A DNA stretch of 64,000 nucleotides from Candidatus Omnitrophota bacterium (GCA_963662715.1 OY759724.1:2074662-2138661); one strand, 5' to 3'. Shown: positions 40,369 through 50,018, counted from the stretch's first letter. The notes: generated by a model from the letters alone, not told the origin. Numbers and translations are program-made.

Positions 40369-41567
40369 TTAATATTTTTCTTCTCTAAAATGATTGGCAA
40401 AGCAGGTTTTGTTTTTGCCGCTGAATTTTGCGATATACATGGCTTTATCCGCCATGGCGATTAAATCTTCTTTGTTCATCGCGTCATCAGGGTAATTGGC
40501 CAGCCCAAGGCTGATTGTCATGTGAAGAGACTGGCCTTCCGAAGGCTCGGGAAAAGAATATTCCTCAATACGCTTGCGTAATCTCTCGGCGATATCCCAT
40601 CCTTGATCGAGATTGGCTCCCGATAAGATAATCGCAAATTCCTCCCCTCCGTAACGGCAGACAAAGTCAATATCCCGGGAGGAGTTGGTGAGTATCTGGG
40701 CCATGTTTTTCAGGAGCTGGTCTCCATGCTGATGCCCGTAGGTGTCGTTGATTTTTTTAAAGTCGTCAATATCAATCATAACCAGGCTTAACGGCTGTTT
40801 CAGCAGGATAGCCTGGTTAAGTTCTTCCGTCAGTTTTTCTTGAAAGAAACGGTGATTCCAGAGACCGGTGATTGGGTCGGTCAGGCTTTGCAGAACAACC
40901 ATTTCGTATAAATGGGAGTTTTCGATGGCAAGCCCGGCTTGGTTGGCCAGCATGGTAAAAATTTTTATGTCATCCTGACTGATAGGCTTTTGGGTGTAAA
41001 TATTGTCGGCGATAATGAGTCCGTTAACCTCGTCTTTGGCTTTAAGGGGCATGATGAGCAGTTCATTCGTGTAGAATATTTTTAGAAGAGGATCATCTTT
41101 ATATTCCGATATGGCATAAGGAAGCAGATGCCAGGGGGTCCCTCTGAAGTAGGCTTGGGAAAGGAGAAAAGGGCTGACGGGGTCCAGAGGAAAGCGAAGG
41201 TCTTTCACCGATTTAAAAAGGCTTGCCTGGTCGATAGTGTTGTAAACTTTATCGGCTTGAATGAGGTCGTTAAGATCCTGGTTGCAGTTTTCGATGTATT
41301 CCAGACTTTATTGGCATGTTCTCCCGATTCCGGGCCTATGGCCATTTTGCATTCCAGGACTTTTTTCTGTGAGTTGACAAGAAAGAGAATCGCCCGGTTG
41401 TACCCGAGCCCGGTGTGGGAGGTGACTCCTGTCAGGATAATATAGAGGATATGATTCAGTTCAAGGGTCGTCCTCATGGCGCAGCTTACTTCGTAGAGGA
41501 CGTTGAGCTCCCGGTTCGCTTGTTTGATGCGGTTTTCGGTCATGTCTCTTGTTGTGATTTCAGTCAT
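40369..41567 (-). CDS. GAF domain-containing diguanylate cyclase (GGDEF/GGEEF); frame interrupted at about 41285 (ORFs 41205..41567 and 40369..41208)
   Basis: N-terminal GAF (first ORF, continuing in the second ORF's upstream frame as ...YIENCNQDLNDLIQADKVYNTIDQASLFKSVKDLRF). C-terminal GGDEF with RYGGEEFAIIL. Confidence 0.8.
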
Positions 41568-41614
41568 TTATTCTTAATATTATTGAAAAATTTCCCTAAG
41601 TCTTCTTGGATTGC

Positions 41615-41643
41615 AAGATAGCATTTTCCCTGATCTTTGTCAA
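41615..41643 (-). promoter_or_regulatory. candidate sigma70 promoter for the GGDEF gene
   Basis: On the minus strand: TTGACA (41638..41643), 17-nt spacer, TATCTT (41615..41620). Confidence 0.3.
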
Positions 41644-41736
41644 GATGAGAAATGTTTGATCTTTGGGGGCGGTAATCACTTTAATATATTGATATATAAA
41701 GATTTAAGAATTTAATATAATAGAAAAAATCTGGGA

Positions 41737-41765
41737 AGCGCTTTCTTGACACTCATTATAGCATA
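41737..41765 (+). promoter_or_regulatory. candidate sigma70 promoter for cvpA (divergent from the GGDEF promoter)
   Basis: TTGACA at 41737..41742, 17-nt spacer, TATACT at 41760..41765. The TTG at 41746 that the ORF track uses as a start is the -35 box itself. Confidence 0.35.
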
Positions 41766-41790
41766 TGTTATACTTGGACAGTTTAACTTA

Positions 41791-42375
41791 ATGTTTTTCA
41801 ACATGATAAGAGAAATTCTTACAATTGTAAACATCGTTGACGTTGTCGTATTTTTCATCTTCATAAGAAGCGCCTATATTGGCTTTACCCAAGGACTTAT
41901 CGTGGAGCTTTTTAAGATGATGGGGATACTTTTTGCGACATTCTTTACATTGCATTATTTTATTATTTTGACTTCTTACTTAGGCGGGGTTCTTCCTTTG
42001 CCGATGGATATGATCGTCGTTGTGGCCTATATTATGATATGGGTGATTATGGTCGCTTTATTTGCTGTCGTCCGGCAGGGGTGGATGCTGGGTTTTCCAC
42101 CCATTGAAAAAACGTTTATATACAAGATATTGGGAGGGGTTTTGGGGACGATTCGGGCCATGTTCGTCAGCGGTTTGTTGTTTCTAGTGATATTTATTTC
42201 ATCAAGCGCAATTTTAGTTCAATCGGCTCGCTCCTCCTTTGCAGGCTTTTACCTTAAAAGTATTTCAGTAGATTTTTATAAATCCTGTTATATGAATTTC
42301 ATTGTAAGAGTCTTCCCCAAAGAACCCATGAATGATAAGATATTTGAATTTTTCCCGGAAGAACTCAAAAGGTAA
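41791..42375 (+). CDS. cvpA: CvpA family membrane protein (colicin V production protein-like)
   Basis: Four TM helices in the typical CvpA arrangement. Start placed at the first ATG (41791) downstream of the predicted promoter (alternative 41803). Confidence 0.65.
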   Translation: MFFNMIREILTIVNIVDVVVFFIFIRSAYIGFTQGLIVELFKMMGILFATFFTLHYFIILTSYLGGVLPLPMDMIVVVAYIMIWVIMVALFAVVRQGWMLGFPPIEKTFIYKILGGVLGTIRAMFVSGLLFLVIFISSSAILVQSARSSFAGFYLKSISVDFYKSCYMNFIVRVFPKEPMNDKIFEFFPEELKR

Positions 42376-42431
42376 CTGAGTTTGCTCCGCGGCTTTTTGA
42401 ACCTTTCGATTGGCTCAGAAAAGGACATCCA

Positions 42432-43400
42432 TTGAAGCTGAGGGATATTTTTGATTTACTTGTTCGAGAAGGTGTTCAGGCGGATTTAAGGCCTCTTAAG
42501 CAAATTCAAGGGCAACAGCGGCGGCTTAAAAAAGAATATCAGTTGTTGCCGGAAAAAAAACGTAAGTTCTTTGACAAAGAACGCTTGTCTAATCCTTATT
42601 CAGATTCCCGGGTTTTATCCGGGGACCCCGATCTGGATGTGACACAAATTTTGGTGGGTATTGATATCGGCGTCGGGGAACTTCTCGTGGCCAATCAGTT
42701 GCGACAGTCCGGAATAGCTGTTGACGCGGTCTTAAGTCATCATCCTCTGGGGAAAGCTTTGGCCGGCTTGACGGATGTGATGGGGATTCAGACGGACATT
42801 TTGATAAAACAGGGGGTGAAGGATGCCGCGGCCAAAGGCTTGATGGAAAGGCGGATAGGGGAGGTTGCCCGTCGGTTGCATGGCCAGAATCATGAGCAGG
42901 TCGTTGATGCCGCCCGCTTGCTGGGTATCCCGCTGCTGTGCTGTCATACCCCGGCCGATAATCATGTCGCGAGCTATTTGCAGACCCTGATGGAACGGCG
43001 GCATCCCAAAAAACTGGAGGACGTCGTAGAGCTCCTTTTGAAAGAGCCGGAATATCAGGAAGCCGCCTTAAGAGGGGCCGGCCCGCATATTTTGGCCGGG
43101 GAGCCGGACGATAAAGCCGGACGTATTCTGGTTGATATGACAGGAGGGGCGGAAGGTTCCAAAGAGACTTTTGCCCGGCTATCTCAGCTCGGGATTAATA
43201 CCTTGTTGATCATGCATTATTCAGAAGGGCATTATCAAAAGGTTAAAAACGAATATTTAAATGTGGTTAACGCTGGTCATATTGCCAGCGATACTTTGGG
43301 GATAAATTTAATTTTAGATAAGTTGGAACGACAGGCACAATTGCAAGTTTTGGAATGTTCCGGATTCAGGAGATTTAAACGTTATGGGACTCATCCCTGA
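42432..43400 (+). CDS. Nif3-like dinuclear metal centre protein (YqfO/YbgI family) with N-terminal extension
   Basis: GIDIGVGELLVANQLRQSGIAVDAVLSHHPLG matches the Nif3 HHPL block. C-terminal AGHIASDTLG block. Genomic context next to dnaG-rpoD as in Bacillus. Confidence 0.6.
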   Translation: MKLRDIFDLLVREGVQADLRPLKQIQGQQRRLKKEYQLLPEKKRKFFDKERLSNPYSDSRVLSGDPDLDVTQILVGIDIGVGELLVANQLRQSGIAVDAVLSHHPLGKALAGLTDVMGIQTDILIKQGVKDAAAKGLMERRIGEVARRLHGQNHEQVVDAARLLGIPLLCCHTPADNHVASYLQTLMERRHPKKLEDVVELLLKEPEYQEAALRGAGPHILAGEPDDKAGRILVDMTGGAEGSKETFARLSQLGINTLLIMHYSEGHYQKVKNEYLNVVNAGHIASDTLGINLILDKLERQAQLQVLECSGFRRFKRYGTHP

Positions 43401-45165
43401 AGATACCGTCCGCCAGATCCTCGATCGGGTGGATATCGTTGATGTGATTTCTTCATGGCTCCCTTTGAAACGGGCCGGACGGAACTATAAAGCTCCGTGC
43501 CCTTTTCACCAGGAAAAGACTCCGTCTTTTGTCGTTAATCCTGATAAGCAGATTTTTCATTGCTTCGGTTGCGGAATCGGGGGGAATGTGGTTTCTTTTG
43601 TGATGCAGCAGGAGCAGATAAGTTTTCCGGAAGCCATGAGACTCCTGGCGGACCGATGCGGTGTGGTCATCCCTCAGACGGATTCCCATCGCTCGCAGAA
43701 AGATAAACAGAGGGAACAGATTCTTGAGGCCACGCAGTTGGCGTGTCAGTTTTATCATCGGCAGTTGCTGTCTTCCCGAAGTGAAGGGGCTCGGGAGGCG
43801 CGTAGCTATTTGAAGGAGCGCGGCATTCATCTTGAGCCGGTCCAGGAATATCAATTGGGCTATGCGCCGGATCAATGGGAGTCTTTATTGATCTTTCTAA
43901 GAGACAAAGGTGTTCCGCCGGATATCATGGATAAAGCCGGTCTGATTATCCCTCGGCAGAAGCAGCCAGGATATTATGATAGATTTCGTAACCGGATTAT
44001 CTTTCCGATCCTGGACAGACGAGGCCGCTGTCTGGCTTTTGGCGCACGCTCCCTGGAGAAGGACAACCCGGCGAAATATATCAATTCCCCGGAGACCGTG
44101 CTTTATACGAAAGGTCACCACCTGTACGGACTGAACTGGGCCAAAGACGCTATCGTTCAGGAAGACCAGGCCATCGTCGTTGAAGGATATATCGATTTTA
44201 TTACCCCATTTCATGCCGGTATAAAAAATATCGTCGCTTCATTGGGAACCGCTTTGACCGTGGAGCAGATCCGGATTTTGAGCCGGTATACTCACAATGT
44301 GTTCATGCTGTTTGACTCGGACGAGGCCGGAGAACAGGCGATGATGCGGAGCCTGGATTTGCTGGTTGAAGAGGGGTTTAACGTCCGCATCGCAACCCTG
44401 GCGGTTGGGGAGGACCCGGATTCTTTTATCCGGAAACATTCCGTCCGCGATTTTAAAGACCGTTTGGCGCAGGCCGAGACATTTTTTGATTTTAAATTGC
44501 GTGTTCTTTTATCGCGACATAATTCCCAAACGATTGAAGGGCGGGCCCAAATTTCTTCGGACATGTTGCAAACTGTGGCTAAGTTCCCGAATGCTGTCAT
44601 TCGGGCGGAATATGTGAAGCGTTTAGCCGGTGCTCTTTGTTTGTCTGAGGAGGCTTTGGCTTTTGAGTTTAAGAGAATCCTGGCCAGCCACGGCCAGCAG
44701 CAAAAGGCATCAGCGCCTTCCCCGGCGGGAGGGGTTGAAACGGCTTTTCCTGTCCGTCCTGTCGAACGGGATATGCTCCGTTTGCTGCTTAATGAACAGA
44801 GTTTCGTCCCGCTAACGAAGGAGTTGTTGTCCCTTTCTGATTTTCATAACGAAGACGTACGGTCTGTTATGGCGAAAGTTTTTGAGTTGTACGAGGAAAG
44901 ACAAGAAGTTCATTTGTCTGACTTAATGTGTTGTTTCGAGGATCAAAAGATTTTGCAAATGATATCTCATCTGGTTGCCGATGAGGAGTTTGTTGTTGGC
45001 GATAAGCAGCGTTTCCATAAAGATTGCTTGCATCGTTTGCGTCAGGACCGGCTGAAAATGATTCGACAAGATATTTTGCGGCAGATGCGACAGGCTGATC
45101 AGCAGGGAGATGCAGAGAAGCTGGAGGAATTAATGCTGGAGTTTAATCGAATTGTAAAAAATTAA
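43384..45165 (+). CDS. dnaG: DNA primase
   Basis: Zinc-binding CPFHQEKTPSF...HCFGCG, TOPRIM VEGYIDFI...DSDEAG. Confidence 0.95.
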   Translation: MGLIPEDTVRQILDRVDIVDVISSWLPLKRAGRNYKAPCPFHQEKTPSFVVNPDKQIFHCFGCGIGGNVVSFVMQQEQISFPEAMRLLADRCGVVIPQTDSHRSQKDKQREQILEATQLACQFYHRQLLSSRSEGAREARSYLKERGIHLEPVQEYQLGYAPDQWESLLIFLRDKGVPPDIMDKAGLIIPRQKQPGYYDRFRNRIIFPILDRRGRCLAFGARSLEKDNPAKYINSPETVLYTKGHHLYGLNWAKDAIVQEDQAIVVEGYIDFITPFHAGIKNIVASLGTALTVEQIRILSRYTHNVFMLFDSDEAGEQAMMRSLDLLVEEGFNVRIATLAVGEDPDSFIRKHSVRDFKDRLAQAETFFDFKLRVLLSRHNSQTIEGRAQISSDMLQTVAKFPNAVIRAEYVKRLAGALCLSEEALAFEFKRILASHGQQQKASAPSPAGGVETAFPVRPVERDMLRLLLNEQSFVPLTKELLSLSDFHNEDVRSVMAKVFELYEERQEVHLSDLMCCFEDQKILQMISHLVADEEFVVGDKQRFHKDCLHRLRQDRLKMIRQDILRQMRQADQQGDAEKLEELMLEFNRIVKN

Positions 45166-45177
45166 TGAGGTAAATGA

Positions 45178-46758
45178 ATGGATAAAAAGGATTTAAAAGT
45201 TGATTTGGAAAAACTGATTGCTTTGGGGAAAAAGAAGGGATTCCTGACCTATGACGAGGTCAATTCCACATTATCCGAAAACGTTGATTCCTCCGAAGAC
45301 ATCGATCATGTTTTTGAGATCTTAGACGGGAAGAATATTAAAGTCCTGGAATCGGACGATGACTTTGTCCCCCCGGAAGACGAAGAGGGCGAAACCCGCG
45401 AACAACAACTGAGACGTTTGCGTGAGGAGCAAAACCGGGATGACGATTATGCGGATAAGTTTATCCCCCTGGACGACCCTGTCAAAATGTATCTCAAACA
45501 GATGGGGTCTATCCCTCTGTTAATGCGCGACGAAGAGATTAACCTTGCAAAACGCATTGAGGAAACAGAGCATCGGTTAGCCGAGGCCCTTTTTGTGACC
45601 GCTTTTGCCCGGAAGGAAGCCCTGGATGTCGTGGGCAAGGTCCTTAAAGAGGAGATCAATGTCGAAGATGTCATTAAGGATGAGCTGGAAAGACGTCCGA
45701 AGCTTATCCGTGATCTCAAGAGAATCATGAAGAAGGTGAAGTACTCCCGGATAGGCACCGAGCAGTCGGCCAAGGCGCTGGCGGAATTTAAGTTAACGGC
45801 CTCCTTTAATGAAGATACGATCAATAAGATTGTTGAGATCGTGGAGAGTATTGCCAAGATTGAGAAGGCCCTGAAAGGGAAAAGAAAAAGCGCGAGCGTT
45901 CAGGAATTGAAAGCTCGCAAGAAAAAATTGGAAAAAGAACTGGGCGAGCCGGTCGGCAAGGTTAAAGACCAGTTGAGAGTTATTAAAATCCGGCAGTCAA
46001 AATTCAACAAAGCCAAAAAATTGCTGGTGGAAGCGAATCTGCGGCTGGTTGTCAGTATCGCGAAGAAATACATTAATCGGGGGCTTTCTTTTCTCGACCT
46101 GATACAGGAAGGAAACATGGGGCTGATTCGGGCTGTTGAAAAGTTTGAGTATAAACGGGGATACAAGTTTTCCACCTACGCCACCTGGTGGATTCGTCAG
46201 GCCATTACCAGGTCTATTGCTGATCAGGCCAGAACGATTCGCATCCCGGTGCATATGACGGAAACGATCAATAAAATCATTCGTGTTTCCCGGTTGTTTG
46301 TCCAGGAATACGGCCGTGAGCCGACCGCCCAGGAAATTGCCAAGCAGATGCGTATCCCGGTCAGCAAAGTTAAAGAGATACTGAAAATTTCTCAAGTGCC
46401 CATTTCTCTGCAGACACCCATTGGGGATGAAGGGGATACGAATTTCGGTGATTTTATCGAGGACAAGAAGGCTGTCTCCCCGGCGAATGCAACGCTGCAC
46501 TCCATGCTGAAGGAGGAAATCACGTCTGTTTTGCAAACCCTGGACGAAAGAGAACGCAAAATCCTGGAGCTGCGCTTTGGGATTCATGACGGTACGAGCC
46601 GGACGCTGGAAGAAGTCGGTACGGAATTTAATGTCACGAGGGAAAGGGTCCGGCAAATAGAATCTAAAGCATTGAGAAAATTGCGACATCCCACAAGATC
46701 CCGGAGGATAAAGACTTTTCTTGATATTTCTGCCAAGGAGGCTGAAGGTATCATTTAA
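45178..46758 (+). CDS. rpoD: RNA polymerase sigma factor RpoD (sigma70)
   Basis: Region 2 [16 protein letters not shown]...[10 protein letters not shown], region 4 [17 protein letters not shown]. Confidence 0.95.
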   Translation: MDKKDLKVDLEKLIALGKKKGFLTYDEVNSTLSENVDSSEDIDHVFEILDGKNIKVLESDDDFVPPEDEEGETREQQLRRLREEQNRDDDYADKFIPLDDPVKMYLKQMGSIPLLMRDEEINLAKRIEETEHRLAEALFVTAFARKEALDVVGKVLKEEINVEDVIKDELERRPKLIRDLKRIMKKVKYSRIGTEQSAKALAEFKLTASFNEDTINKIVEIVESIAKIEKALKGKRKSASVQELKARKKKLEKELGEPVGKVKDQLRVIKIRQSKFNKAKKLLVEANLRLVVSIAKKYINRGLSFLDLIQEGNMGLIRAVEKFEYKRGYKFSTYATWWIRQAITRSIADQARTIRIPVHMTETINKIIRVSRLFVQEYGREPTAQEIAKQMRIPVSKVKEILKISQVPISLQTPIGDEGDTNFGDFIEDKKAVSPANATLHSMLKEEITSVLQTLDERERKILELRFGIHDGTSRTLEEVGTEFNVTRERVRQIESKALRKLRHPTRSRRIKTFLDISAKEAEGII

Positions 46759-46958
46759 AATGATTTTGAATGATGGTTAAGGCCTGCGAGACAGCTTTTT
46801 CTTGTGGGCTTTTTCTCTGTCTGGGGCAACCGTTGTTGGAGGCTGAAGGCGGCTCGTTGCAAAGGCCCGGAGGCCCGCTTTCCGGTTCTCCTCTTTAGAT
46901 GTTGCGCGATTTGTGCTATACTTTCTTTATAATTGCGTAAACTATCAGAATTAATATT

Positions 46959-47876
46959 ATGAAAAAAATTATTATATTTATATTTGTTCTTCTGTTTGTT
47001 GGCCCGCAGTTTTCTTATGCCAAGTCCAGGAAATTGGATGACCAGACGAAAGACCTTTGTAACCAGGTGATGGTGGAGATCTTCAAGGAAATTTATTCCC
47101 TGAAGAACAAACATAAGGAACTGTCCCAGTTCGACAAGAAGGTCCTGCTTAAAAATAAATTAGGTATTTATACCATTGTTTACAAATATAAAGAGGAGCT
47201 GGAATATCCTGACGGGACGATTGAGGTGAAAGTCCCTTATTCTTTTGCCGTGACGATCGACCGTTTAAAGGACGAGACATTCCCGCAAAGGGACGGTTCT
47301 TTTGCCTACAGTTTTCCGGCTTTGAGTCTGAAATTCGCCGGATATCAAAATAAACGTTTGTTAAGGACGCAGTTCAACCTCCTGCCGGTTTTAGGGAAAC
47401 ACGGCAAAGTGCTTAACGACTATCAGCAGCAATTTCTCCCGGTCAGACTGTTCATCAGGACCTCCAAGCAGGAGTACAAGGTCGATGAAACGGTTGACTT
47501 TGCCGTTTTGTTAACGAATGTCAGCAAAGCCAATCTTATCATGAAAAAATTGGATTCGGAAACCCTTCATTTCTCTGTTAACGGTCGTATTTGGGGGGTG
47601 TTCCTTGAAGCGCAGAATAAAAAGACCCCCACTGATCGTGCGGAAGCCGTCAGGCAGCAGCTTGAAGCGAAAAGAGCTGCCCGCAGGAAACAGGCTGAAG
47701 CTAAAAAGGATCCGAACCAGGTCAGTGGTTTGCTGGAATCCGGCGAAGCTTTTATTATTAACCTTCAGGGGACGACGTTTTCTGAACCTCAGGAGGTTGT
47801 TGTGGAAGCCGTGTACCAAATTCCCATCAGAGGCGTATATCCATCTGCCACTTTTAAATTTAAAGTCGTTGAGTAG
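46959..47876 (+). CDS. hypothetical secreted protein (signal peptide), Lys/Gln-rich C-terminal segment
   Basis: ATG with N-terminal signal peptide MKKIIIFIFVLLFVGPQFSYA. No recognisable domain. Confidence 0.6.
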   Translation: MKKIIIFIFVLLFVGPQFSYAKSRKLDDQTKDLCNQVMVEIFKEIYSLKNKHKELSQFDKKVLLKNKLGIYTIVYKYKEELEYPDGTIEVKVPYSFAVTIDRLKDETFPQRDGSFAYSFPALSLKFAGYQNKRLLRTQFNLLPVLGKHGKVLNDYQQQFLPVRLFIRTSKQEYKVDETVDFAVLLTNVSKANLIMKKLDSETLHFSVNGRIWGVFLEAQNKKTPTDRAEAVRQQLEAKRAARRKQAEAKKDPNQVSGLLESGEAFIINLQGTTFSEPQEVVVEAVYQIPIRGVYPSATFKFKVVE

Positions 47877-47976
47877 TCGCTTCGTTTTTTTTCCATTCAG
47901 ATTCCTCTTGTTTTTCATGCTTAAGAGGCTTTTTCTGGAAATGATATAACCTGGCGAGTTTCATGCGTTTATTTTA

Positions 47977-48005
47977 TTGAAAAACCATGTTCGTTATGTT
48001 ATGCT
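47977..48005 (+). promoter_or_regulatory. candidate sigma70 promoter for the tRNA pair
   Basis: TTGAAA at 47977..47982, 17-nt spacer, TATGCT at 48000..48005, about 45 nt upstream of the first tRNA. Confidence 0.4.
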
Positions 48006-48048
48006 GAATAGCAAATTTTGGGATTAAAAGAGGATTTTTGTTTGTCCC

Positions 48049-48122
48049 GGGCCCATAGCTCAGTCGGTCAGAGCAGTTGACTCATAATCAATTGGTCCCA
48101 GGTTCGAGTCCTGGTGGGCCCA
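48049..48122 (+). tRNA. tRNA with CAU anticodon (elongator tRNA-Met or lysidine-modified tRNA-Ile2)
   Basis: Cloverleaf folded by hand: acceptor GGGCCCA/TGGGCCC, D-arm GCTC..GAGC, anticodon stem GTTGA/TCAAT, loop CTCATAA, T-arm CCAGG-TTCGAGT-CCTGG, discriminator A. G1:C72 means it is not an initiator. C4:G69/C5:G68 resemble tRNA-Ile2. Confidence 0.85.
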
Positions 48123-48177
48123 GATAATACTGATATGTTTTGTCGCAAAGCAGGTTGTGCTTCCTTACGAATAAAAT

Positions 48178-48254
48178 GGGCGCATAGCTCAGCCGGTTAG
48201 AGTGCTGCCCTCACATGGCAGAGGTCGAAGGTTCGAGTCCTTCTGTGCCCACCA
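48178..48254 (+). tRNA. tRNA-Val (CAC), CCA encoded
   Basis: Acceptor GGGCGCA/TGTGCCC, anticodon stem CTGCC/GGCAG, loop CTCACAT, T-arm GAAGG-TTCGAGT-CCTTC, discriminator A followed by genomic CCA. Confidence 0.85.
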
Positions 48255-48314
48255 AAATTATATAATCTTTAGTGCAAAGGACAATTCGCTCTACGGGAAA
48301 GAAAGGAATAACGA

Positions 48315-49043
48315 TTGGAACAGATTGATATCAAAGAGCAAATCAGCGAATTATTGAAGCTGCAGCACGTAGATGCGGAAATTTATGATCTTAAAAGACA
48401 GTTAGAGGAAAAGCCGGAATATCTCAAGTCCCTTCAGGAGCAGTTTGAGGCTAAAAAGACCGTTTTTCATCAATTAGAGGAAAAACATAAGGCCGTACAG
48501 CTTGAACGGAAGTCCCAGGAAGGCGACCTGCAGGCGAAAGATGACGCTATCGCCAAGGCGAATATGCAACTGTCACAAATAAAAAACAACAAAGAATATA
48601 CTGCAAAAATTAATGAAATAGAGAGCATTAAAGCGGATAAGTCCATTATCGAAGAGAAGATCATCCTCGCTTACGATGAGGGGGACAAGCTCAAAGACGA
48701 AATAGAAAAAGAAAAAGAACTTGTTCATCAGGAGGAGCAGCGGTATTTGCAGCAGAAAAAGGAAGTGGAGGAGAATATCCGGAGCATTGAGCAGCGGATC
48801 AAGGAATTGCATAAGCAACGCGAGGAATTGATACCCCAAATTAATCCCTCTTTCTTAAGCCGTTATGAACGTATTCTGGTTAATAAAGAAGGGTTGGCTA
48901 TCGTCCCTGTCGAGGGCCAGGCCTGCGGCGGATGTTATATGAACGTGCCTGCCCAGGTGATCAATGAAATAAAGAAATATGAGGAATTGGTTTATTGTGA
49001 GATCTGTGCTCGGATCCTTTATTTAAAAGAAAGAGAATCATAA
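48315..49043 (+). CDS. zinc-ribbon domain protein with long coiled coil (COG1579/DUF164 family)
   Basis: TTG start after AAAGGAA ribosome-binding site. Coiled-coil body. C-terminal C4 ribbon CGGC...CEIC. Confidence 0.7.
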   Translation: MEQIDIKEQISELLKLQHVDAEIYDLKRQLEEKPEYLKSLQEQFEAKKTVFHQLEEKHKAVQLERKSQEGDLQAKDDAIAKANMQLSQIKNNKEYTAKINEIESIKADKSIIEEKIILAYDEGDKLKDEIEKEKELVHQEEQRYLQQKKEVEENIRSIEQRIKELHKQREELIPQINPSFLSRYERILVNKEGLAIVPVEGQACGGCYMNVPAQVINEIKKYEELVYCEICARILYLKERES

Positions 49044-49090
49044 TTATAATAAAGAATGACGACGCGGATTCGGACCATGTCTGAGGAGCT

Positions 49091-49546
49091 ATGAGACTGA
49101 AAATATACTCTGATGGTGCTTGTAGCGGTAATCCCGGCCCCGCAGGTATTGGTGTTGTTATTCACAAAGACGGGGAAGTTGTTAAAGAGATTTCGAAGTA
49201 TATCGGAGAGGCAACGAATAATATTGCAGAGTATACGGCTGTCATTTATGCCGCTCAGGAAGCGCTGATTATGCGGGCCGATGAAGTAGCGCTTTTTACT
49301 GACAGCGAGCTTGTTTATAATCAATTGTCCGGCTATTATAAGGTTAAGGACAGCAAAATCAAGCCGCTTTTTGATCAAATTCAGCATTTAGCTGGGGGGT
49401 TCAAAAAATTTTATATCACGCATGTCCTCAGGGATAAAAACAAGGACGCTGATAAATTAGCACGTAAGGCCATTAAAGACAAGCAGGCCAAGGTGGTTGC
49501 CTCGCGGCCGGTCCAGAATCAGGTGCAGTCTGATTTATGGGCTTAA
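49091..49546 (+). CDS. rnhA: ribonuclease HI family protein
   Basis: IYSDGACSGNPGPAGIGVVI, TNNIAEYTAVI, VALFTDSELV, THVLRDKNKDADKLARKA. The C-terminal 20 aa lie over the predicted 5' part of the RNase P RNA. Confidence 0.85.
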   Translation: MRLKIYSDGACSGNPGPAGIGVVIHKDGEVVKEISKYIGEATNNIAEYTAVIYAAQEALIMRADEVALFTDSELVYNQLSGYYKVKDSKIKPLFDQIQHLAGGFKKFYITHVLRDKNKDADKLARKAIKDKQAKVVASRPVQNQVQSDLWA

Positions 49547-49900
49547 ACAAACCGCGGGGAGGAAAGTCCGGGCTCCAAAGGATATTGTATCCTGGTAACG
49601 CAGGACATCCTGATTTCCGTATCAGGGTAGGATTAGAGCTACAGTGACGATACTCGATCCTTGTTAACAGGGGTCGAGGGTGAAACGAGCAATCTCTACA
49701 AGGAGCAAGGCCAAATAGGGAGAGACACGGTGATAACACCGGGGCGAAGTGATCCGCTTCGCGAAAAGAGCGCAGCTGTTTTCGGTATCTCCGGGTAGGC
49801 TGCAAGAGTCCTTAACGTGAGTTGAGGAGTCAGTGCAATAACCATCCATCTCGCCTGTAAAAAATCGAGATGCACAAAACCCGGCTTATTGGTCTGCTTG
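49480..49900 (+). ncRNA. rnpB: bacterial RNase P RNA (type A-like); 5' boundary uncertain and probably inside the rnhA 3' coding region
   Basis: Universal blocks GAGGAAAGTCCGGGCTCC (49559..49576), AGGGTGAAAC (49677..49686), GGAGCAAGGCCAAATAGGG (49702..49720) and CACAAAACCCGGCTTAT (49873..49889). Candidate P1 is 49480..49490 paired with 49890..49900 (11 bp, one G-U). Confidence 0.8.
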
Positions 49901-50018
49901 AAATATCATTTTTGGGGAATTTTTATGAGTGTTCTGAGAGATGTCGGAATATGGCTTTTCGAAAAGAGAGCGGATTTTTTATTTGTATGAATCATGATTT
50001 AAATGAGGAGGGTTGAAT

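Noticed and set aside
49915-49980. 21-codon ORF MSVLRDVGIWLFEKRADFLFV between rnpB and yebC
   Set aside because: No ribosome-binding site, no conservation evidence. It lies in the rnpB 3' flank/yebC leader and is probably non-coding.
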